64,000 nucleotides of DNA from Perkinsus olseni (taxonomy: Eukaryota): the NCBI GenBank assembly GCA_013115125.1, contig JABANN010000122.1, positions 1-64,000 of the forward strand, given 5' to 3'. The notes under the pieces were generated by a model. The model was not told the DNA's origin. It worked only from the letters and a program-made list of their open reading frames with translations, and did no database searches. The position numbers were made by a program, and so were the translations under genes. Shown here in pieces: positions 12,677 to 25,462 of this stretch (the first letter of the stretch is position 1; each line of letters begins with the position of its first letter).

Positions 12677-12959
12677 ATCAATTCATTTGCGGAATTAGTG
12701 TCGAATGCAATGGTCAATTCGTGATGTTGCATCTGTTGCGTTATATCCTTCAGCTCCATCGCCATGCCAGCCAGTTGACTCACCGGGATTTCCCCCACTA
12801 TCCCCATCAATGCTGAGTCGTCCGTCGTAGAAGTCGTTGGCAACCGTGGCAATCACGCTCACTGACACGTTCAATTATGAATGGCGTAGCAAGGGCTCAC
12901 TAAACCAAACCAGTCTTCAGGAAGATGAAAATGTTGCAGGGGAAATACAGTGACGATGT

Positions 12960-14633
12960 CTACTCTGGCGAGGCTGCTTTCCCCGCCTCCAGTGTCTCCA
13001 ATTCGTGGTTTACCTGATGAACACCATCGCCCGTCATCATACGACCAGTCAGCTTACCACTTCCCTTCCTCGATCAGCGAGATCAGCTCGGCGATGCTCT
13101 TCTCGTGATGAGAGAGCCCCCATGTTATCGTCAAGGAATTGCAGTGCTCGTTTGCCTAAACTCGCCGCATGAATTCTAACTGGTTGCGTGTGCATTACGT
13201 CGATCTTCGAACTCCCTTTTCGCACTGGTGGCGACGGTCGCTGCTTGACCTGAACGAAGGGTTTATGGTATGCTCATTGTGAGCCGTCGGTGCGTCTCAC
13301 CAGTTGCCGCACTGAAGAGAGCTCTACTACGTGCCTGGGCCTGGGCAGTGGCGGAGGGACCGTAGAGCCTGAGAAGACTCCCTACACCCGAGTGTCGACG
13401 GCCCACGCCGCGCTACTACATATCCGATGGTAAGATCTCGGAGCTGCTACGGCCATGACGGAGGCGGAAGTTTCCACACATCCGAGTGGTGATGGCGTAA
13501 AGGCCACCGCAGATCCGATCGAGGTAGGGTCTGGGGGAAATGACTACCTTGCATGCTGAGACCCCTTCAAGTACCTCATAACCTTCGGGAAGAGCATGGC
13601 GAAGCGGAACTCATTGGAATGGTCACCGCGTTGCTGTGCGAAATAGAAGTACCTTAGTGGAGCGCGGTGGGTGGAGGGGAGTTGGAATACACGAGTAGCT
13701 CTTTACATGTAGTATCTGATGTAGACCCATCCTGAGATAAACGCCCCCGCAGTCAAAGCCACATCGTGATGGGCGGGAGAGGTGACAGGGCAGAAAAGGG
13801 CCACAATAAGCTGAGCAGGGAGAAGGTCAACTTTGGTGAGGCAAGAGACACCATCTTACCGCAATCACAAGCAGAGTGAATGGTAAGTGCTCGGCACGGA
13901 TGGACTGAAGACCACTGGATGGCTTGTGTGAGCTACGCGTGCACCTACTCGGTGGTGAGGGATCTTCAAAAGCCTCATCGTTGGGAATGCCTGTTGGACT
14001 CCGATAGCCAGCGCACAGTCGAGGCCTGATATCGTAGCGGTCGGTTGGAACCTGTCTCAAAGGAATCTTCACGCATCCGCCAGGATATCCTAGGCTCACC
14101 AGATGACCTGGGATCGGGTAACATAGTAGTTGACAATTCTAGAGAGCAAAGCGAAGACTCCCGAGGCGACTGAAGAGGGGTGAGTCTGAGGACGCTTCTA
14201 GGAAGTGCATTACACGCAGTGATGATTATGAACTTCACCAGAGTCTTCGAGCCCCAGAGTGGCTCTAACAGACTGGTCAACCAGACGGCCAGGGGGTAGT
14301 GGAAAAGGAATCGGACTACGCTCGGGTCATAGAGAGAGCTCTGAGAACAAGCGACAACACCCACCTTCATGGCAGGAACGAAGGAGGCCCGCAGTCCCTT
14401 ATCACCGTTATCAAATTCCAACACCTCGGTACTGGTAACAATGCCCCCTCCGCTGGGAATACCGTCCTTGCTGGTATCAACCCCAGGAACTCCCCTATGC
14501 CCCTTGGCCATATCCAGCTCATGACTGATAGTGTCGGTACTACTCCTATGAGTAGGATGCGTGACAGACTGTGACTGCTGGTGTGATGGTACACTATAGG
14601 TGGCGTGTCTGATGCTGAATCGGGCAGACTCAT
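12960..14633 (-). CDS. TMEM115 / rhomboid-like membrane protein (multi-exon)
   Basis: LGLIPARTV...WNLIT, LEPLWGSKTLVKFI, GAFISGWVYIRY, FRFAMLFP exons; ATG 14633, stop 12960-12962. Confidence 0.75.
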
Positions 14634-14811
14634 CCCTTCTAAGTGAACTACCGGACACACGGTCGGCCGCCGAACAAGCCCGCTGGTGACGGGAATACTG
14701 TTGGAACTAAAGAGCAGTGTAAAGTGGGAAACGAGTGTCAGCTTCAGTAGAGACGAAAGCAGCAGCAGCAATGGTGTAGAGTACAGATGGCCGCGAGAAG
14801 GAGGAAGCAGC

Positions 14812-15581
14812 TCAGACATAATTATTGCGGATGGCAAAGTCGACCACAGTGAAGACCGCTGAAATAATAACTATACACTTTCTGACACCTCTAGCTTCCC
14901 TATTACCTGCCGATGCTGCGCTGTACTTTGCCACGGCAATCCAACTACCACTAGTGGCCTTGAAGAGAGCTCCACTCAGCGCACCCGCGCCAACAGCGTT
15001 AAACTGATCGTCTTTTCCACCACGGGCCCAAGATACCAAACCATTGAAGGCCACATAGTACATTGCTGAACAACAATGAGAATGATATCATCCAGTAGGT
15101 GTCGAGTATCTTACTTATGATGGCTGCCTGATTGGCCAGGGCCGGTCCCTGTGTTGACATAGCATTCATCACTGCATTAACTCGGAGCTTCGAAGTAGCC
15201 CCTCCCTTCTGCAGGCCCTTCAGTAAACCGAATGTACCGCCAACCAGCAGACCTGATGGTTGATGATAACAATTATTAGGAGATGATGCTAGTAGGCTCA
15301 CCACTGCCGTAGGACAGACCAACTGAGTAGGTCATCTTATCACCAAACTGTCTGCCATACCCTTGAAGGTAAAGATTATCAGGTACAGACTTGTGGTTCA
15401 CGGCCGACTGAAAAGACCCAGCGATGGACCACAGAGATTATACGCCGATTTTACGACGAAATTTGGGCACTTGTAAAACCATAATTCCCGACAGTACCTG
15501 TCGCTTGGCCTGATTCAAGATACCAACCGACTGAACGCCCCCTGTGTTTAAATAATCATCAGTTTCTGTGGAGGCAGACAT
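14812..15581 (-). CDS. TIM23: Mitochondrial inner-membrane translocase Tim23 (multi-exon)
   Basis: RQFGDKMTYSVGLSY, GGTFGLLKGL, KLRVNAVMN, RGGKDDQFNAVGAGALSGALFK (Tim17/22/23 family, Tim23 type). Confidence 0.9.
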
Positions 15582-16042
15582 TACGCTGGTGGAAAAATAT
15601 CGATTGTCTGGGCGCGCGCTAAGTCACACGCGCAGTCGGCGACCACTAAAACGCAAAGTAACTCTTTCGGTAGTCACGAATGATCGGTGAAACTATGAAT
15701 GACTGGCAGGACGGTTTCTGCCCACTGCTCGCTCCAGTCAAGCTCTCGCCATTCTCGAGCCTTTTCCATCATCGAAGAACTGATAGAAAAACAGGGAAAT
15801 CCTACGCCGCCGATCCGACATTATTGCCCATCGGCAAGGCCGACACATCGACGGTCACGCCGAGACCATACGACGGTATTACCGAAGCTTTTCCGAATCA
15901 CGGCCTTGCAGGAGTAGTTCATTGAATAAGTTTGTAACGTCATGTGAGGTATTGAAGGTGAGGACCCCGGCTGCATCGGCTGAAACAAGAAGAGTCCACA
16001 GGCGTGGTTGATGCAGCAGAGAGGAGGACGCGTTGCGCTTCG

Positions 16043-18766
16043 TTATGGTTGCCAGACTTTAAGTGAACCAGCGGAGTGGGAAGGCCCTCGGTTCGATTCG
16101 AAGTCGCGGCATTTGCTATAATCTCGACACGCTAGCAATGCCATCCTCCGTGTGAGGGATGCAACAGCCTCGTCTCCCCACCGCCCGTCCCACCGAGCTC
16201 CCCGAAGGCTTCGAAGTCCCGGCCCATGACCGGCAGTTCGGCACCCAACATGTCGACGACTTTCATGGGCAAATCCAAACCCGAGGAGGACTGATGAAGT
16301 GATATCCCAACATCAACAGAACCTACAACAACCTCGACTGTCACGAAGCACTCGGGCCCACTACTACCTAATAGTAGAGGATAGTCCGACACGCTGAGCC
16401 AGGGGGTGTACAATCTGATGTTGGAAAGGTGTAGATCGTCGAACGCCCTGACGAAAGCTTCTTTACACGGTCCTTTACCCGTTATGAAGAATACCTGAGG
16501 GCTCAGCATCCACCAAATCAAAATGATTGCACCCTCCCTCGCCGTCCAATGGTATCACATAGGAAGCAGCGAGGAGCGACAGTGGGACGAAGATGTACAT
16601 CAACCGTAGGTTAGTAAGCGACGTCAGGAAAGTTACACGACCACCCAATTCAGCGGCGACTCTCCCCGACCATCAATCACCGACAGGTGTATTACCAGTA
16701 TCTTGCCAGCCTTCCGAAGTAGATAGTCTATCTCTAGCAGCCCCGGCAGCAACATCATAAAGTCTTCATCGGGCGTCCAGGAGGTGCCTGCCAGCAGCAG
16801 CATGACGGAGCTTCCCCCCTCTTCCCAACTTACTCGAGACCATAGTGACAACCTTGGGGTCGCTCAGGTCTTCTTCTACTCCATACGATAAGTGCAGCCT
16901 TTGATAGAGCCCCTCACGATCACCCTCAGCCGTCCTGCCACGAAATCTATCCCTCAACGGTCTGTCGTAGCACGTCACAACATGTGATACCTGACTACCG
17001 ACAGCATCACCAACCGATTAGCATGGGCAAGAGGGGGGCCTTCAACCGGAGCCTCTACAACATCTCAATACAACATCCCATCAGTCAAGATGTCTCCCGT
17101 CTGCCCTCATTACCTTCCATTGATCTCTAAGGAACCCTCCCATCCTGTGGGTGACGCATAGACCATAGTCACACTTGGAGGCCCAAAAGGACTCGTATAA
17201 ACGACTCAACCGGACCAGCCAATGCCGTTCACCCAACTTCTCCCCCAAGATAGTGTAACTGATCCACAAGGCTTATCACTTACGCAGACCAGCCCGCGGC
17301 GGACCATTCGACGGAAGGCATCATCACCCGTGCCTGTGATCATACTCATTAGAGTGCGCCCCTTTCGTGTAACGGAAAAATATTCCCCTGAGATGGACTA
17401 CTGAACCCAAGTATATAATAATTTTTTTACTCTATGTCTATCCCCACGAGTCTTGAGTTGACTAAGGAAGAGGAAACACTCGCCATGATGGCTAACGACA
17501 TGTACATGCCAAAATGCTGGTCTAAACTGAGCGTCGATAGATGGTCGGTAGCACAGTCTACTATCCCGCACCATCACAACTCGTGAGGTCGCATGACAAA
17601 GCTATTGCTTGGTATTCCTCTCACTTGCCATCAGCAGACTATTCAGTACTAGGAGAGCCTCTCCACTTGCTCCATCATTACGCTAGATTGTGGAAGTCAA
17701 CGATCAACTTCGCGCGCCGTAGAGATGCGACCATGCTAGCTATCATGAGGGTGGGTATGGCCGGGGGCGTTTGAACCTGAAATGCTACACTCTTCTCTTC
17801 TGAGTATACACATCAAACTTGTCCCGCAAGGATTGAACTGATGACGCCGCCTGGTCGATGCCCGGTTATCCACCGTTGCCAATCTATAGTCTACATCTAT
17901 TTAACATGTTACTTTATTAATACTGTAACGTCATAATATAATTTCGAACGAACTATAATTCGTCTACCACGTCCGACGTGTAAATTTCGGTTTCCACTCA
18001 ACAAAAACCATACTATTATTTCATAGGACCTCCTTCAACCCTCAAATCTGACACCATATATCAATAATAAACCCATGACAACTATACCATTTACATTCAT
18101 ATCGGTAGTATCAGTAAAAGCACGGTACTGGGTTATTACCATCAGCAGCTTCGGTCGTGGTATGGAGAATAGTAAGATCCACAACAGCTGTCCTCCCTCG
18201 AAGGCCAGCTTACATGCAGCGTAGACGATATACCTGACCCATAATGATGATGAAGAAGTAAGCAGAGGGAGTAATCACCTACGGTATAGCAACTGTCGAG
18301 GCGAAAGGCCTGATATGCCGCACTTCGATGTGCCTGGAGCTGACCACCTCCTTCATCGGCTTTGACCTGACGGATGTCTACCAAACGAGAGGCCACCATG
18401 CAGGAGACACGGGTCCATTTTGCCGACGATGCAGCCCACTAGCGGACGGCGCTTGCGGACACTCAGCGACACCAACGAGCCGGCATGTGGGTGCTGGTGT
18501 TGGTTATTACCCCGGGTATCCGAGCAATACAACATCGAGACCGGCCTGCTCAGCCAAGGACACCGCATGGTACCTGATCAAGGGGCGTAACGATGAAGGG
18601 AAGAGCGATGGGCTTACTGCATCCGTGGAGAGTGTCCAATATCCCCCAATACCATTACCACTGCGAGATCTCGGGAAGATTTGGTATAGGGCCGGTAGAG
18701 AATGTATGCTAGCAGAGCTAGGACACCAATGATACAACAGGCCAGGAGGAACAACCCCATAGTCAT
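16043..18766 (-). CDS. ALG1: Chitobiosyldiphosphodolichol beta-mannosyltransferase (3' end approximate)
   Basis: N-terminal TM then VLGDIGHSPRMQ|YHA, VQTPPAIPT, IVDFHNLA|YTIL, TSWTPDEDF, LHQSSSGLDLPMKVVDM. Confidence 0.92.
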
Positions 18767-18944
18767 AAAAAAACTGCCAAAAGACACGATGACAAGCGAA
18801 GGACTGCTGAACCGAATCAGAAATCATACGCCAAGACTGAGCGTTCTAATCCGAGCATAATTTATCCAGCACACATCCAGGTTGTCTCGGAGAACACATT
18901 CCTTTTCTTCGGACTTGATGCTTTCCAGTTCTTCCATCGGCTGG

Positions 18945-19988
18945 TTATCGATCCTTAGAAGGGAGAACACTCTGATGCACCGGGAACTTTACTGCTGCCA
19001 GCTGAATACCACCAATCGCACTAATCACACAGGCTATCGAGACGACAGGAAGCAGGCCTGATAATAGCAAGTCTGTCGTCGTCCTCCTCCTCCTCCTCCT
19101 CCTCCTCCTCGTTGACTGGTTCCAACACAACACTCGTGTAGGTATACCAACTCCACCAATAGTCTACTAATTGCCTTTACGCGGCAGCTCCCTGGGCAGC
19201 AGCAGCAGCAGCAGCAGCCTCGGTGTTGCCAGCTGCATCAGCAGCAGCAGCAGCAGCAGCAGCAGCCTCGGTGTTGCCAGCTGCATCAGCAGCAGCAGCA
19301 GCAGCAGCAGATGCCGAGGCCTCGTTGCCTGCTGCATCGGTGGCTGTACCAGCAGTGGCACCTGACAACAGTCAAAAAGAATCTTTCGACCTCGTCGATG
19401 ACCATGATGTAACTCATCGAGACGCCGGAGTGCCCAGACAGGCCCAGCCAGTTCGCGTTATCACCTGTGTCATCATTTTCATGATTTTCGGGAGGAGTAG
19501 TATCCTCATGTTGTTCCTCTCGTCCCCGTTCAAAATACTTTTCTAAATCTTCATCATACTTCTTGGCCAGAGCATCCTCGCCCTTGTAGCGCAATAAGGC
19601 CTCGTCCTGACGTACACACGTATCCAAGGTCGAAGCGAGAGCCCCGCCGAAAAGAAGATTCACTTGTCTCTTACAAGCTCCTCAGCCGTGACGTGCTCCT
19701 TCCGTCCCTTCCCTTTGCCCCTGACAACAACAGCCCATCTCGAAGATATCTCCCGCCCCGAGAAGACATCAGTACCCTTTCCTTCCGGAATTCTTCCAGC
19801 CAGATCGTTTAGTCATTGTGTTGCCTCGGCTGCCTTTTCCCTTCCCTCCCTTGCCTCGACCGCGTTGGCTGTATTGGACCATACGAAGCAACAGAAGAGG
19901 TAGTAGGAGCTGAAATAGTTGCGAACGGACGGATGATGATGATACCACTCCTCCCCCGCCGAAACTTATAGAGTGATAGGATACCATT
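18945..19988 (-). CDS. Hypothetical multi-exon protein with G/K-rich N-terminus and poly-Ala repeats
   Basis: Exon-like ORFs GRGKGGKGKG, DEALLRYKGEDALAKKYDEDLEKYF, DAAGNTEAAAA; boundaries uncertain. Confidence 0.4.
19195..19340. repeat. 48-bp tandem repeat with (CAG)n tracts
   Basis: gcctcggtgttgccagctgcatcagcagc... at 19217 and 19265, plus a degenerate third unit. Confidence 0.85.
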
Positions 19989-20282
19989 GCTGTCAGCCCC
20001 TGCGGCAATAATAATACTTCCTGAACCTCCGACCTACTCAGTTGGAAAGGCCAATTTACAATTTCGCTCATCAGATCGAATCATCACAATATTTTCATAA
20101 CTTTCTCGAGCGGCCGAAGCCCTGGACAAGCGACGCGCAATTCGGCCGACGAAAATGGTCGGAACAGAATTCGCTTCGCTCCGCGTTGTTATTATCTCGC
20201 TACGCAAAGTTGATCGATAAAGGCTGCATTGGCTACCGCAAACCTGCCTGTTTTGCCGTAGGTTGGCAGTTCCGCAGTCACA

Positions 20283-21082
20283 ATGGTTAAGACGGATCCT
20301 TCTATCAGCATGAAGGTAGTATCCCTCGGAGGCTTCGTATGATGGAGTGCAGCTGTCTGGACTATCGGAAATCCTAGGTTGAAGCGTGCTAGATGCAAAT
20401 TAGGTCGAGTATCGTAGTCGTATGTATCCCGGCACTTGTCTCAGATGCACCTGTACCAACTCGTTGGTCGGGCTGCTCCTTCCGCTAAGAACCCCAAGCC
20501 GAAGATCTTCCGCATGAAGATGTTCGCCCGTAACTCCGTCGTTGCCAAGTCTAAGTTCTGGTAGTACTACCACAACCCTCCTCACTGTCCTTATCTGCCC
20601 TCCTTCACAGGTACTACATGAAACGTATCACCAAGGCTAAGTTGACCGGAGGTGAGATGCTTGGCATCACTGAGTGCTTCGAGAAGCACCCCACTACCGT
20701 TAACAACTACGGTATCTGGCTCCGTTACGACTCTCGTTCCGGCACTCACAACATGTAATAGGGGGTCAATAACACCGCCGTCATTTTGGCGAGTCGGGAG
20801 TGGTTATCTTTGGCATGCAGGTACAAGGAGTACCGTGACACCACCCTTACCGGTGCCGTCGGACAGATGTACCAGGAGATGGCTGGCCGTCATCGTGCTC
20901 TTGCTTCTAACGTGCAGATCATTAAGACTGCCACCTTGAAGAACGATGAGTGCCGTCGCTCCCACATCACCCAGTTCCACTCTGGTGCCAAGTTCCCCGT
21001 CCCTCGTCGTATCCCTCGTACTTCCCTCAAGTACAAGAAGACCTTCCGTGCCGGCAACAGACCCAGCGTCTTCGCTCAGTAA
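20283..21082 (+). CDS. RPL18A: 60S ribosomal protein L18a (eL20), 4 exons
   Basis: [20 protein letters not shown]...[20 protein letters not shown]|...[23 protein letters not shown]...[11 protein letters not shown]. Confidence 0.96.
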
Positions 21083-21490
21083 ACGGGCTGCTTTGGGCTA
21101 CTGGTGATAGTGACGTCTTACTAGAAGGAACAACAACGGCTGCTACTACTCGTTGGCCTTGCGGATGATCCAACCTGCCTGGGACTCATTATCTTGTTGA
21201 GTTGTTAGTGATTATCAATGGGGAAGTATCAGCGCGCCTCACTACCCTTCTCACTGGAAAATCTTCACGACAAAAATAGCCTCTCGACCTTTCTTGTGCG
21301 ATTAATGCTTCTTCGTGAAGGTTTGGATTGCTACACTAGGTGTCCGACATTGACGTACCAGAATCCTATTCATTCGATCTCCTCTCGACCTCCCTCGGAT
21401 GGATTGATGGTAACTCAACTCTCTCAGATTCACATCACTATGGGTTATATCAACTACTTATTGGAATGAGCAAAATTGAATAAAAGAGTT

Positions 21491-22243
21491 CTATAGATTT
21501 TCGAGAACAATACGTTTGGCGGCTTCAAGACCCGTCTTGATCATCCTGTCTTTCCCCTCCTTCACAACTTGACCGTGGGGATCATAATCACCATCATCCC
21601 ACTTCAAAGGCGACCCGTCCACCGTAGCCACAGCAGCTGCTCTGATGCCTCTCAGAGTGGCCACGACGAACAAGGGGGCATTTTCCATCTCAACGGCAAT
21701 CGCACCAGCTGCTGCGTTCTTCAGTAGAGTGCTGTCCGCTGCTGCGCTTGGGTAGAAAGCGGCCAGGCTAAGCGACACGCCGAAATGGGTATTGGTGAAT
21801 CCGAGGGCCTTGGCGGTATCCCTGATAGCAAGACACAGGACAGGGTCAGCCACAGCTGGAAAACCATCAGGAATGAGGGCCTGGGTTACACCATCCTCAC
21901 GGCACGCCGCCGTAGGGACGATGAGATCTCCTTGCTTGATATCATCGGGCTTCAACGATCCACATGTACCAAGACGAATGATAACCTTCGCACCACACTT
22001 AATGAGCTCTTCGAAGCAGATAGCAGCACCCGGGCCTCCAATGCCGTGGGAACAGATGGAAAATTCCGCCTCCTTGTAGGTGACGTTATAGGAACGGTAC
22101 TCTCTATTGAAGGCCAACTCCTCGAACTGATCACAATACTTGGTAGCAACCAGCTCAGCACGTTGTGGGTCACCGACGACACAGACAACTGGACGAATGG
22201 CGCCCTCCTTAATTTTCAAGTGAGGTGCCTCGTAGACGGTCAT
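21491..22243 (-). CDS. PNP: Purine nucleoside phosphorylase / uridine phosphorylase family (apicomplexan-type PNP), intronless
   Basis: HLKI...VVCVVGDPQR, NREYRS, SHGIGGPGAAICFEEL, IIRLGTCGSL, VEMEN, TVDG; start placed at MTVYE (an in-frame ATG also exists at 22345). Confidence 0.9.
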   Translation of the reverse strand: MTVYEAPHLKIKEGAIRPVVCVVGDPQRAELVATKYCDQFEELAFNREYRSYNVTYKEAEFSICSHGIGGPGAAICFEELIKCGAKVIIRLGTCGSLKPDDIKQGDLIVPTAACREDGVTQALIPDGFPAVADPVLCLAIRDTAKALGFTNTHFGVSLSLAAFYPSAAADSTLLKNAAAGAIAVEMENAPLFVVATLRGIRAAAVATVDGSPLKWDDGDYDPHGQVVKEGKDRMIKTGLEAAKRIVLENL

Positions 22244-22999
22244 AACGAAGGTAGAGGATGAAACTGAGTTACAAAGATCAACGCTAGACGGCGCTTCCCT
22301 CGTGACGCTGGTGATGCACACAATCCTCGAGCGAAGCGAAGCCATTGTTATTCATGTTGAGGCTAGTGTTACTCCGAGGCTGCGTCACACATTCCTCCGG
22401 ATAATTAACTGTGAGTGCACGAGGCACCTCTGCTGATTAAGCCGCCGCTCAGTTGAGAGACCGTCGGCTCTGTACCTTGGAGAGTATTAGAAGGAAGCTA
22501 CCGCAGGTATCCCAATCAAAATCGACAATCCATTTGTCGACTTACTACGACGTAGTGAAGTGGAATTCCGTCCTTCGTGCTGTTGAGCGTTCATGTGGGC
22601 GCTGTCCTGCAATGGTCATGTGAGGGGGGAAAAGCACTTCGTGCAGTTTTGCGACTATCAAACTACTGACAACATCAAATCGTAGTGTAGCAGCAGCAGA
22701 GCACCATTGAACCAAAAATTAAGAGGGCAGATCCTTCCGCCACCGCCTATCCCAGCAGACAGCTATTTGAGTAACCTGCTGGCAGCTCGTCGTAACCCAC
22801 GGGGTCCAGCGGGCACGAGCGAGTGACAGCTGTATGTGCTAAGTCGCCGGGCTCACATACGCGCACATCAACGCCGAAGACAAGCAACGGCTGAATGGTG
22901 GCGGAGGATTGCGTTCGGCGTCGTCGAGTCGCGAAGGGTGCTGCATCACCACGACACCTACCGACCCATAACTTCAACAACGCATAGCTTTCTTTTTCT

Positions 23000-24691
23000 T
23001 CAAGTAGAACAATGCCGTGCAATAACACCAAATTCATCTGCATTAGTTATATCCTTCTCATGCCACACATCCTGACAGCCAGCGTCTCTGAGCAAGCGGT
23101 CGAGTTCGTTGAGCTTGTCCACATCTCTGAAGACCCTGGTTGACTCCACGAACTGCGCCTTGCCATAGAACCGGAATTTAACCGTTGAAATCCGCCCACT
23201 TCGAAGCAGTTGAGTGGCGCCCTTCAAGACGTGAAGCTCAGCACCGTTAGTGTGGACTACTAGCAGGTCAATGGGGAAGTCCTGATCCCCGAGCTCGAGG
23301 TCGAGGGTACTAGCTGGTACCTCCTCACCAATAGGTCGATCGTTCGAGAACGGTGAAGACCCTAGTAGTGTCCCGTGCACCGATGACTCTTCGTACATGC
23401 CGAACTCCACGCTCGGACTTCTATGATACTGCTCGTGTGAGACCAAGGCCTTCCGATGCGCCGTGATGTTTGCAAAACCATTAAGTTCGATACTCGCCTG
23501 CATGAACTCGAAAGCTTCCCTCTGCGGCTCGTATGCTATCACGCGTAGGGATCGATTAGCTCGCTCGAACAGAGCGGCTGCAGCAAGTGCTGCATCGCCA
23601 AAGTGGGCGCCGACTTCCACAAAGACGGCCGCCCGATGAACTGCTGGTGTTAAGTACAGTTCCCATATCGCCTGCCAACACGCCTTCAGGACGAAGGGCC
23701 CGACATTCCGAGCGATCTGAGCTGCTGTTTCGCGCGTCTGCGGAAGAGCCATTAGGAAGTCAGCGTCCCATGGCTCATCGTAGCCCTCGACGTTACCTTC
23801 CTTGAAGGCCTTCTCGACGAAGCACTTGCACAGCTCCACAGCAGGACCCTTACACTTGCACAATTGCCGTACGACCCGCGGCAGAGTCGCCCGGTCTAAT
23901 GCACTGAAGACGCCTTCGTAAGGGAAGTTATAGAGGACAGTATCCGATTGGCCGCTGCAGTACTGAAGCCAAACACTATACAGTTCTCCAGCCCTTCTCA
24001 CACCGTCCAACCCCTCTATAGAGACCAGGACTTCTCGTACATCGGAGGCCAGCGTGAGGCACTTAGGCTCCAATGGAGTACTCTTATTAGATCCATGCTT
24101 GAGGAGCACGACCCTCTGCAAGCGGGCAAGAGCCATGAAGGTGTTCCACTGCGGCATGCTGACTGCCTCCTCCCAGTTGAGCGTGAGGAGGGCTTGCCTG
24201 AGCTCGTTCCAATGCAACGGTCGAGAGCGTCCCGCGATATACTCTCCCTCAAGCCAAATAGAGTACAAAGAGAGACGACCTAGATGGCTGAACGGCACAT
24301 CATCCTCGTACTGCAGAAGCTCACGGCCAACGTCGTAGAGATAGTCTGGAGGTAGATAATAATTGAGAATTCTGGGAAGCTCCTCGTGTGCCGATAAACG
24401 TGTTAGTCGCTCATTCATATCTTGCCACCAACTCATCGCATAGAGTACGCCCGAGCAGCAAGCAGCATGTGTTGTATTCCAGCCGCGGAAACAGGGCTTG
24501 TAGCCTTCTCGACCGAATAATGGTACGCAACACCATTGCTTCTCCGGTATGGGTATCACTCTCACATTGCACCGACCGTCGGCTCCGGTGGCAGCCAAAT
24601 TCGGGACTCGCAAGGGGATGAGGTCCGCCGGGGGTCCCAGTAGAGAGAAAATACATAACGGGAAATGCCTCAAAAGCATAGCAACTACCAA
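23000..24691 (-). CDS. FkbM-family methyltransferase with N-terminal hydrophobic leader, intronless
   Basis: FVEVGAHFG, VIAYEP, STLD, IDLLVVHTNGAELHVLKGA in the C-terminal ~200 aa of a 563-aa ORF. Confidence 0.8.
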   Translation of the reverse strand: MVVAMLLRHFPLCIFSLLGPPADLIPLRVPNLAATGADGRCNVRVIPIPEKQWCCVPLFGREGYKPCFRGWNTTHAACCSGVLYAMSWWQDMNERLTRLSAHEELPRILNYYLPPDYLYDVGRELLQYEDDVPFSHLGRLSLYSIWLEGEYIAGRSRPLHWNELRQALLTLNWEEAVSMPQWNTFMALARLQRVVLLKHGSNKSTPLEPKCLTLASDVREVLVSIEGLDGVRRAGELYSVWLQYCSGQSDTVLYNFPYEGVFSALDRATLPRVVRQLCKCKGPAVELCKCFVEKAFKEGNVEGYDEPWDADFLMALPQTRETAAQIARNVGPFVLKACWQAIWELYLTPAVHRAAVFVEVGAHFGDAALAAAALFERANRSLRVIAYEPQREAFEFMQASIELNGFANITAHRKALVSHEQYHRSPSVEFGMYEESSVHGTLLGSSPFSNDRPIGEEVPASTLDLELGDQDFPIDLLVVHTNGAELHVLKGATQLLRSGRISTVKFRFYGKAQFVESTRVFRDVDKLNELDRLLRDAGCQDVWHEKDITNADEFGVIARHCST

Positions 24692-25351
24692 CAGTTAATC
24701 GTCCACATCTTGCTTCGTTCGAGAAACCCATGGCAGAGCAGAGAACTACCGAACCACTACGGTAACGGTTTTCGTCGATCGACGCTACTCACTGATACCA
24801 TTATCATATTGAGACAACTCGAGAGTATGAAGATTCTTTTAGTTCAGAAACAGAAGAGACTCTCCCGAGCGAACACTTCTGATTGTAGCGAGACAAAATT
24901 CCTCAGAAAATCAGTTGGTAGTCTTTCCTGTCGTCATTATCATGAGCTGTGCGATTGACTTGAGTTGTCTGGCGAGTCCTCAAGCGTTCCGATGATATTC
25001 GAGAAAAGGTGTAAGCGATTTCGTGCACGCGATATCCCATTGCCGAGTTCATCGTAGCACTAATTTCAACACGTCAGGAGAGAGATGTGATAGAACCGCG
25101 AGGTGTTAGTTGTACAAAGTGGCATCTTGCGAGTCGTGGGGTTCTGTCTCGAAGTACGAGAACTCTAATTCAACACCATTAGAGTAGAAAAAGTGAAAGA
25201 TACTACGATATACTAATGAGCTCGGATCAATCTCATTACACATTGGAAATGAACATGTCCCATTACAAGCAATGGATTGAGCTGAGGTGACTACAAAGAT
25301 CCGGGGCTGACGATTAGCGACAGCAATTACAAAAGGGTCCGAGAATGGCGA

Positions 25352-25462
25352 TGACGAGTAGTCAGTACAGAATAGTCCTGGACTAATGGTGACGAATAGT
25401 GAGTACAGAATAGTCCCGGACTAATGGTGACGAATAGTCAGTACAGAATAGTCCAGGACTAA
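25352..25462. repeat. 38-bp minisatellite, about 3 copies
   Basis: tgacgaRtagtSagtacagaatagtccNggactaatgg at 25352, 25390 and 25428. Confidence 0.95.

Noticed and set aside
16085-16105. GGTTCGATTC B-box-like motif
   Set aside because: No acceptor, D or anticodon stems found around it.
17481-17533. C/D-like cgccATGATG...CTGAgcg segment
   Set aside because: Only about 53 nt, antisense to the host intron, with an imperfect box C.
22240-22310. Relic spliced-leader upstream of intronless genes
   Set aside because: No convincing match to CCGTAGCCATYTTGGCTCAAG upstream of PNP, photolyase, FkbM or the four-TM gene.
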